Shown here: in pieces, positions 37,401 through 48,478 of the stretch
How the letters are laid out: each line of letters starts with the position of its first letter
How positions within the stretch are numbered: position 1 is the stretch's first letter
From: Lingula anatina
Lineage: Eukaryota > Animalia > Brachiopoda
NCBI GenBank assembly: GCA_051362555.1
Contig: CM120642.1
Location: 2,480,001 to 2,544,000, forward strand
DNA length: 64,000 bases
Direction: 5' to 3'
Made by a program: the position numbers and the translations under genes
Notes under the pieces: model-generated
What the model was told of the DNA's origin: nothing
The model's input: only the letters and a program-made list of their open reading frames with translations
Databases searched by the model: none

Positions 37401-40400
37401 TAGAGCTGGACCCTATCCGCCTCCCTAAGTGTGACCAGGAGTACGACCCGAACTGTACAGGAAAGGTGGTTAATTCGTTCTTGAGAGCCAAGTATGACAA
37501 CAAATGGACGGGACGGTTTCCTGGGAGACCTAGAGAACAGGTAGGATGGAGTGGAGGGTGGCGTGAGGTGTGGGTGAGTGGGGTGGGGGTGGGGGGATTA
37601 TACCCTGACAAGAAGTAGTAATAGTATAGTATATGTAGTGGTAGACTAGTATTACCAGTAGAAATCCTTGCGTGAGTTGCACTGGATATTTTAGGGACAA
37701 CTGTTATTAATGTTTCCATTTTTGCATTCTTATTTGCAAACGTGTATATACAAAAAAGTACTTTTTTCATAAAACTAGGGAGTTATGAATCCTGTACTGT
37801 CGCACATTCTTTTGTTTCTTGTTAAAATATCTGCTCCACATGTAGCTGTTGCAGTCAAACTTTAAAACTGCTGCTCTATCATCAATCACTGCGTTATCTA
37901 AAACTTTTGTCATTCGGTTTTGGCCACTCTGAAATAAATAAGTAAATAAGTATATAATTAATTTCAATTTTTCTATTCATTTTCAGAAAAACGCCTTGAC
38001 TAGCTACATAGACGGGAGTTTCATCTACAGCAAAAAGAAGGCGTGGGCGGACTCTTTACGCTCCTTCCGTGGAGGGAAACTCAAATCCCGCGACCAGGGA
38101 AAATTCCCACCCTACAACACCGTCAACCTGCCTTTTCTCAACCCCCCACCGCCCCGTGAACACAAGTTACTCCCGAGAAAACGAATGTGGCGTAAGATTT
38201 CTCTCAAATCTGTTCAACTTTTCCACAATTAATAACAGTCATGTAGAAATTCGTGTCGCAATAAAATTCAAAGAATATATGTCTGTTTGTCTATAGGGAC
38301 CGAGTGTCGTTGGACCTTGTCATCAGATTGGCTAAACTTTTGCCACTACTTCTGTTATTATTTCTAGTATTCTAAGTCCTCGTTTCAGTCTTGGGTGAGG
38401 TGAGATCCTTCCAGCATCCGGGGATATTGACATTCGGTGTTCTGTTCTTCCGCTGGCATAATTACCTGGCCGACATGTTCCACAAACGACATCCGGAATG
38501 GGACGACGAGCAGCTGTATCGGGCAGCCAGGAGGCGGCTCATTGCCACGCTACAGGTAAGTCTAGGGTCAAGCACCACACCCTTGGCTCTTATCAATATT
38601 GTTCTTTATATCAGTAAGGAATATAAGATTGAACTTTTATCTCACTCCTACCGATGGGTTGTCGAACGCGGACCTAAAACGGGGTTCTTTAAGGTTCTTT
38701 AGCGTTGAGTATATTGATTCTTTGTAATTGCAATAGCATGAAGAGGAATTTACTTATCAGTTCAAACCTTCTGACCAAACAAATATGAGCAGTCTTTAAT
38801 GATAATTATACAAATATTTTTACATCTATAGTTTTATGAAACTAGAATAAAGGTGTTAAAGGATACTCGAAAAGCTGCAGCAGTGCTTTATTTTCTCTTG
38901 CTGCATTACATTACAGAAAATAGCCATGTACGACTTCTTCCCTGCCTTCACTAATGAAACATTGCCAAAATACACAGGTATTGTGACGTATTTTTACTTT
39001 TGAATAGCTTCATGAACAGCTTCATTCTAAAAAACGTAATCACTCGATCTATCTTGTTTCGCAGACTTCAACAAGAAACGTGTATAACTCCTAAAACCAA
39101 TGGTGACTGCTAATTCAGTTATAAATTGAAAAGTTCGAAAGCAGTTTAATTTGGTTCAAACTCAATGGAATTTAGCAGTTAAAGACGTACATTAATTATT
39201 ATAATAGGATATAATGACATGATAAACCCCGGGATTTCCCACGTATTTCAATCTGCCGCCTACCGCTTTGGACATTCTATTTCACCGGCCGGATTCTACC
39301 GCAGGTGCGTACAGTGGTTTAAACAGCCATAATTTGACATTGGATATGGGTCTATATGTTTTTACGGTACGCTAGTTACTGATACCGATAAAATTGTCAG
39401 GATTGTTCAGAAATGGCCTAAGAATCAATTAGATATTGGTTTTGATTTCTTAAGAAAAGATAGATACCTATAGATAGATAGATAGATATTTAGATAGAAT
39501 AGTAATAAATAATGAGGGCTGAGTTAGCTTGGGCATTCAGCTTAAATTTCATGCCATGTGGTTGCAAATGGATAAAAAATATATGGACGTTTTTCATATT
39601 CTGTGATTTTCAGAAACAGAAATTGTGAATTTTACAACACCACCACTGTCACCAAGTTTGCCGGTTACCCGGGGTTGCGTCTGTGCAACTCATATTTCGT
39701 GTCTGATGTAAGTACTTCAGTAACATATGCTTCGCTTCCAATTTTACAAAAAATTAGAAAAAATTAATTTTGAATAGGTTGAAACGTTTTAAGTGATCTA
39801 TCATTAATTCATATATTCCTGTTCCTAATTTGATTTATTTATCTGCTAATCTGAATTATTTATTTCCTCAATTAATTTCTTTTATATTCATAAATAATTA
39901 ATGCTTCAACATGCGTTCATCTGTCTTGAGATTTATTTATCCACCTACTATTCACTTGTTTATCGCTTTTTTATTTTACTTTGGCACATTTCAGGAATCT
40001 ATGGAATTCGGCTTGGAACCAATGCTGCTGGGAATGTCGTCTCAAATCACAGAAAGAGAGGACCACATCCTTGTGGACGACCTCCGGGGTAAGTGACGTC
40101 AGGAAGTTTACTTTTTTCAATTAAAATATCTTTTTTTTTTTTTTTGAAAGATTGGCGCAGTAAAAGTATTTGTAAGATACAGGCGGTTCATCATACCGTC
40201 TCTGGATAGGAGCACAGGTATTACACAGTTATGACATGTAAGGCACAAGGGTGGAAAGTAGCTTGGGTTTGTCTCGTTATGATGTGAACGGAGGAGAGGC
40301 AACTGTCAAACTAAAAGAAGATAGAGTGGACGGGGGCACACACTGCGCCCTTCGCGTCCCGCCATTGAAACCTAACATAAAAATCTAATTTGAGAGTGCA

Positions 40401-40446
40401 CTGAATAATGCAAAAATCTATTATACATGTATGAACGTCCATGTCT

Positions 40447-40501
<55 letters not shown>

Positions 40502-43500
40502 TGGTTTCCAAGGTCAGCGTTAAATCATTAAAAAATGGTACACGTGCAAATTTGATATAAGGATAATTGTGTTATAGGTAAACTGTTTGGTCCACTCCAC
40601 AATTCACGCCGTGACTTAGTGATGATCAATGTTCTACGAGGACGTGACAACGGTTTGCCAGACTACAACACGGCAAGGCGTGCCTATGGTCTGCCGGTTA
40701 TCACGGATTGGAGAGATATTAATCCCGAGCTGTACAATAAGACTCCAGAGGTATGCGTTTATCCTCTACCAGGGCCACAGATTGATTTTTCACTAGATAT
40801 TAAGAGATACTATATGTCTCTGGTTAAATGGATGACTAATCTCTGTACTGTCACCCTGTGCTGAAATCTCAATTATGATTACATGATTACATTTCGCCTC
40901 AGCAAAAATATCCATAGAATAATAACTGCGGCCCTGGTAGAGGGTAGTATTAGTACATGTTAGAGAGAGAAAGGGAGAAAAAGAAAGAGGGATGGTTAGA
41001 GTAAGAGAGAGATGCATATGCTCAGATGGAAGATTAGAAAATTGAAAAAAAAAAAAACTTTCGTTCAAAATGACGCAAGGGTGGTACCCAAGGCTGAATT
41101 GGCTATGTTGACTGAAACAATTTAAAATCTGGTCGGTTTCTCAAGTTGCCAGCTTTTAATAAAAGTAATAGATAACAGTTGCCTGGCAACTCTTTTGTTG
41201 TTATAAGGAATGATTAAACATTTTTGAGCCTGACAAACCAACGTTGTCCATTCCGCTACTCTGACACAACCTACTCTTCTCTCACATTACTGGATACTGT
41301 GCATAACTTTACATGCAAGAAGTGAAAATTTCACATATAAACAAAGGAAATGCTGATTTCTTAGAATACAAAAGACGGTAAATTACTCTGAGACTTTCTG
41401 GGTCAGGCTTAATTCTTTTCGGTCACCCCTGGTATATTGTACAAAGGACATTCTAAGAGCTTTGAACAAACAATAGTGAGTAAAAGTTCACCTATGATAG
41501 AGCTGAAAATACGTGATACATACACGTGTATTGTTATGCATCAATGTGAAGCTTTACTTTTATTTGTCTCATAGGTAATTGAGAAAATAAAATCTGTTTA
41601 TGGCGGGAATCTGGACAACCTTGACCTGTGGGTGGGCGGTCTGTATGAGAGCCGGCCATCTGGACCCGGACCTCTCTTCATGGAGGCCATCAGGAATCAG
41701 TTCATCCGGATCAGAGACGGCGATCGATTTTGGTTTGAGAATCGATTGAATGGGTAAAACAACGATATGATTGCTTTCCGAGAACAATTTATATTAAGAA
41801 TAAAATATAAGACAGTTGAATAGGCATTTATGCATTTGTTGATCCATCGATCTTTCAATATATATTTGTCCGTTCATTTTTTCCATCACAAACCAACTCT
41901 TAACCAACCAGAGTTGCTAAATTTTTTAATCAGAAGACTATTTTTTGACGTTCATTGAAATACAATCAATGCTACAGAGGCAAACATTTTAAAAAATAAT
42001 AATAGTCAGTAACACAGTAATAATAGTCAGATCTCGTATTTTTCAGGTTGTTTACAGACGAGGATATAGATGAAATCATGAACACGACACTGTATACTAT
42101 CATGCTCAAGGTGACGGATATACAGCCAGGTGAAGTACAGGAGAACGTGTTCTTCTGGCATAATGGTAGGCACCCATTTCAAATTCATGCAATTTACAGC
42201 ACGTGGTGATCACGTGGCAACCACGTGATTACACCGGCGGTAATGTGTATTTGCCAAGTGATTGCAAAGCGTAAAGAGGATAATATCTTTTGGGCTACAG
42301 GGTTGGCCAATCATGATCACACGTGATTTTTCTGTCAATGTATGATACCACAAATGACGTGAAAAGTTTAAATTTTTAAAATTTTGAAATTTAAAAATAG
42401 GCACAACAACTTATTATTACTTAAACACAATTATGTGTATACAAGGACCAATAATATTTCTCATCGTCAGGCGACCCGTGTCCGCAGCCGAAGATGCTTG
42501 AAGCGTCTGACATGGAGGAATGTGGGCCTAACCAGGTGTACGATTATTTCCAAGGGAGTGAGGTGCCTTTCATCCTGATCGTATGTAGTTTGATAGCACT
42601 GCCAATAGGTGAGATTTAAGGATATGATATGTTCGAAACTTGCTAGTTGTAACTTATGTCTTCTCACCATTGTTTTGTGATAAAAACTGAATTAAGATTA
42701 GTCCAATCTCGTTCTTGCATTTCTTAAATTCCCTATTACACCGGGCTTTCGCCGGCTTAAAGCATTTAGTGGTCAAAATTAGTTCCACAGACGATTGCAA
42801 GTCCAGAGCAACAAGGACTTCAGAGAAAGCTGCAAAAAAGCTAATTATATATTCGTTTGATACTAGGTCATTACAGTGTACATGTTCTGTCTTTAAGTTA
42901 TCGGGGCAGGGTTATGTGTGATAACATTAGCGACCCGTATTAAGTTTTGTTGATCGTCTATCGTTTTTTGGTGAGAATATCAATTCTTAGTCTACTACTC
43001 GACAAAAGTCAAATAATTTTTGGAAAGAAACAAACTCACGAGGAATCTATTGATATATCGTTGTTTTAAAATTTTGTTTAAATTTGAATTTCGATCTTTT
43101 TTCTAATCAACCAATACATTGCACTGTATCTTTTTAGTGTGTGCCGTGCTGATTAAGATCCTGTTGATTTGCCGTCGTAAGGATCATAGGAGAAAACAGG
43201 CCATCTACTATATCAATGATAAGCCTGCACTAATCTTAACCCCTCGCCCTCTTGCTAGAGCCGCTAAGAAAAAAAGTATTGAGCGCCTGCAAAACGCTGA
43301 GCTTGGTAATTATATATTGTAGATTTTTAATAGTCTGCCACGCCTAGTTTTGACATATTTAATAACGCATACGTCAACCTGACGCCATTTTTTTTTTCAA
43401 ATGTAGTTTTGTCCCTTTCACACTGGAATTGGTTAACAGTATAGTACAATTCCCCGGTACTTTGAATGCCTAAATGTACTAAGACTGTACGGATTATTTC

Positions 43501-43757
43501 TCTCTCGTCTCTCTCTCTCGTCATAAGCGTTAGAATACATTGACCCAAAGAGCAGGCGCTGGGTAATATTAGATGTTCAGGAGAGCACAGAAGGTCCGTT
43601 TGTCCAACTATTCGACACCAAGGGGACACAGCTTCGTCAGATCGAAATTCAAAAATTCGCCCAGTTGAAGCAGACGATCTCCAGTGACCACGGTAAAAAG
43701 GCGCTGTTATTGCACGTTCCTCACGAATATGACCTGGTGAGTATAACATTTAGCTAA

Positions 43758-43790
<33 letters not shown>

Positions 43791-46700
43791 TATAGTAATA
43801 ATAATAGTAATAATAAAAAGATTAATGGATAAACAGTGCAAATAGATGCATAAATTATCTGGTATGATATTTAATTTGGTACCAGAGTTGGTAATTTGAA
43901 AGGCATTAAGGTCATTTTATATTCAGGTTCGTGAGCCGGATGACGAATTTCAAGAAATTCGAAAAAAAAGTCAACGGTTTGGCCGGAAAAAAAAGACCAC
44001 TCTGAATCAAAAGTCGATCTAGTTTTATGAAATTTCTCAAGTTGTGTGAACTGAGGGGTCAGCTCACTTTTCATAAAAAGACCCCGTTTTAAATGTTAGT
44101 TACAGGCCTACAGTATTAAGTTGTTTCTGACACGAAAATTTATAGTAATCCATGTCATTTTTTAAAGGTTTTGTACTTCGAAAAGCCAGAGGATCGAAAC
44201 TTTGTGACTCAGTTACTTCACGACGTCGCTGAAAGGCATGATAAGCGTTGCATTGAGGACTATAAACCATTCAATAAGATGCTTTCTTGTGCTGAAACCA
44301 AAGCGAAAAGAAACGTCAAAATTGAGAAGTTTTTGCGAGACGTTTTTGAAAAGGTAAGGTAAACCTGTATGCTCTCTCATATAAGGCCTACAAACGCTTA
44401 AAACTGAGTGATGGCGGCCTCTTAGTACTAGTGTTTTATCAGAATACCTTGAATGCAAAGAATGAGGGAATTTGAAATGAAAACTTTTCGTATCTGATTT
44501 TCTTAATGCTAAAAGTATTTGTTACCACAAGTAATCACGATTTCTGCTACGAACCTTTTCAGTTATTTCGAACCGATCATGGTCACAGCCACGGAGGTAA
44601 CAAAGTGAAGGGAAGGAGAATTGAGAGAAAAGAGATGGAGCTTCAGGCCATGGAGATCACGAAGGAAGAGCTAGGCGAGGCGCTGTCACTTCAGATGAAT
44701 GCTTCCTTCTTGGTCGATGTCTTCAGGATCGCGGACCCCCAGAACCACGGCTACATCACGCTCCAGGAATTCGTAGATGTATTGATCATACTTTCAAAAG
44801 GTAAAGATATAATGATCATAAATGATTTTGCCTTTGTTGGTTTGAGTAACTAAGTAACTCAAAGCTTACAGACGGGATATGATAACATTTTCAGGAACTT
44901 AGAACCAGTTTGGTTTGGGCGGCAATTCATTTATTGGATAATAAAATTAATGAGAATTGAGATTTCTTGGCGGAGATCCGTGCTTTCTGACAGCTTATTA
45001 TCAATTGAATATTGTACAAATTGTTGTCTCGGTTTTGTTTTCCAATTGCCAACACTAAGATACTTGGTAAGTTCTCTTCCATGTCTCAGAAATAATTTTA
45101 GTTATATATTTCCATATAAAGTTGGTCATATGATTTTTTAAGATATGTCTCTTATTACCAGAACTTTGTTTCGTTTATTTAAATTTGCAGTTCTGTCAAC
45201 ATACCACTTGTTATCTGTTTAAAAACCATGATTGTTTAGTTCCACCATTACATGTATACAAAGTAATAATGAGTAAGTATATTTAATTTGCTATTTATCT
45301 GTGTTTAGGCTCAGACGACGAGAAGCTGACAATGATGTTCCAAATGTACGATCACACTGGAAAAGGCTTTGTGAAAAAAGAGGATTTATTTAACGTTGTG
45401 AAGTAAGATATTTCTATTTTAAAATTCATTTGCTATCCTTTTGAATAATTTTGCGTGTGTAAAAATTCGTTGACGACATAACACACACGCACATACAAAC
45501 ACACACATACTGTGCGCCTTTATGGATTGCATGATGTTTTCTTAGTTCGGAAAAGTTAACATAATTATATCATACGCGATGGGTATGAGATCACACGGAA
45601 AATATAATTATTATTCATTGTATTGTTACCAAATAGGCAAAGATTCAATAAGTAATGAGATAATACTTTCAAGCATTGAAAATTTCAAATGCCAATTGAG
45701 TCTTAGACCTATCGTAAGTGTATCATGCCTGTATTATGGGTCCAAGATATCAAGGATCAAATTAATGTCTCATCCTGAAGTTGAGTAATTTATTTACCTA
45801 ATACAGCTCATATCATATCAAATTGCTCAATAAAGTATTTCTGGGTTTCAGAAGCATGGCGGATATTTCAGACTCTCCAATTCAAGCATACGAGATACAG
45901 GAACTCCTTGACTCAATGTTTGAGACTGCTGGCCTCCGCGGGAAAACCTTTCTTGACATCAATGAATTCCGTCAATTGTTTGCCAAAGTAAAAGGTACAT
46001 GTTGACCGTCTTAGTCGTCTTCCAGTTGCCTTCTTCATGTGTTTAATTTGTCGAATATCTTTATCGGAAGGACCCTATATATACTTGAGCATCGTATGCC
46101 TCGTCTATTTACACAATATATTATTAACCGAATCACAAGACGCCTAAATGATTTTACTTGTGTTATCTCTTCAGGAAAAAACGTGCGAGGTCGCCTATTA
46201 TCCGGATTTGATCCGATCGCCAAGGGCGTGTCACCTAACATTTCTAATATCACTCGCCAAAGTGACAAGAAAAGGTACCTTGACACCGTAATGCATACTG
46301 ATTTACTCTACTGTCTTGCAAAAAGTATAATTTTTGAGTTGAATGGAATACTTATGTCACCTACACCTTCCGCAGTTGAAATGTTGTATGATGTTGTTTT
46401 TATTTACTTTTGCATCATGAAAAGGTTAATACATTTTACATGGTACCTTCACTACAGTAATTAAAAGTTATTTTTACTGCGCGTGTATCCTCAATTTTTC
46501 GAGAAAAAACGACACAATAGCAACATGTGAAACAAAACTATCATAAGAAAGTCAAGGTTTCAGATTTGAAAGACACTTCAGTATAAAACTGGGTATAAGA
46601 AGAAAACGTTATAATTTCAGTGAAACTAGCCTCAAAGTGGATGTCCTTGATGTATCAACATCGCACAATGCAGCGGATGAGAACCCGGTCTATAACGCCT

Positions 46701-48442
46701 TGCTGGAGCTGCAGACCCACATGGAGAATAACTACCTGAACATCATATACCTCAGTTTCTTCTACTTAATTGCAATCGCCCTCTTCATTGAGAGGTCTTA
46801 CCGTAAGGACAACTGCCGTGACGGCGCTTTTCATCTTATTTTCATACATTTTATCATCTACTGATGCCAAATACTCAACTACCAGAATGTTTTGTATTGC
46901 TAGCTATAATCAATATTTTCATCACATCCGAACACTGGCCTGTAATGATGTTCTATTAAAAAGTAATAATTGTTTAGGGCTTTTGTTATTACCGAGATTA
47001 ATAATTGTAAAGTCATATAGACATTGCAAACAATCAATTCAATTTTATAATTTGCTTTTGAATTTCTATCTAACGCCGTTTTGTTCATCGAAATATTTAA
47101 TGGCGTCCCCTCTTTCCATGCAGGCTACGCTATCGAGTTTGAGCATGCCGGTTTGCGGCGTATGGTGGGACATGGTATCACACTGACCCGGGGGGCGGCC
47201 TCCGCCATGTGCTGGACCTATTCCGTACAGTTGTTAACAATGTGCAGGAACACCATCAATGCACTGAGGGGGACTGTAGTGGCGGCATATATCCCCTCTG
47301 ATGTACACGTGTTCACTTTCCATATGATTGTAGGGTGGACTTCGTTTGGAATTTCGGGTAACGCACTGCTTTCGTTTAGTTGTGTTATGATTCATTTTGA
47401 GTTTAATAAAAAGAGCATTCTTATGTCTTAACTTGGTCTACGATTACATTTAATTGATCGCATTTTGCGCTTTTGTTAAGATTATCTCAATGATTTATTG
47501 TGTCACTACTTAATTGTAAAAAATGGATGCTTCGTATAAGATATTATTAGTTTCTTTACGGTATGATTTTAATATTCTAGTCTTCCATTTTGTTGGCCAC
47601 ATGTTCAACTTCTACCATCTTACCATTCAACCACCGTTTTTCGTGAAGTGCGTCTTTTCCAATACCATTTATTACAGGTAAGACTAATATAAATTCAGTT
47701 TGCAATAAATAACATGTAATTAAACACATTTAATTTTTTTTTCAAAGTAAATTTGTATTTGATTTTTAGTTTATCAACAAAATGGGATTGAGATTTGTTT
47801 ATCTTTTCAGTTCCACATTTCTCCATACGTTCCAGTTCTATTTGTTGGGAACGGTGACGGGTAAGACAGCGTTAAGTATTTTATATCCTATTTTAAATAG
47901 AACATAAAAACTTATTAATTTTATGGGGGAGTATCGCAGAGTTTCAATGCGATGATGAGACCGAAAAATACCTATATATACCTTTAGAAATGCTTTTGTG
48001 TTTCCAGGTATGACAGGTGTATTGTTGACAGGTGTAATGGGGATCATGGCGGTGTTTGCGTTGCCATGGGCACGCCGGAAGTTGTACAACATCTTCTGGA
48101 GAGTTCATAAGCTCTACATCGTCTTGTATGCGCTTATCATATTGCATGGAAGTGCAGTGCTTGTTCAGGTAAGTTAATCCGTCTCCGACAGGCGAGAGAG
48201 TAAAATTAACTTGACTTTGCGTATACATTTTTATTATAAAGCACATGGGTTCAACATAAATATGGCACGTCATGCAAATTACCATGATAAACACTCACAG
48301 CGTAGTTCCTGCATATCTAAGCTTCATGTTATCAGCTGATATTAAAGTTGGCTTTTGCAGATTTTTGTTCATGTTGAACTCGAATCGTGGCAAATATCCC
48401 ATGCAAATGCGGAAAACGGTCATCCATAAAATGGTGTATTTC

Positions 48443-48478
<36 letters not shown>

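Noticed and set aside
40448-40499. Long poly(A) run as a retrotransposon or retrogene tail
   Set aside because: No upstream element body or TSD is recognisable. Long homopolymers are frequent throughout the window and may be inflated by sequencing.
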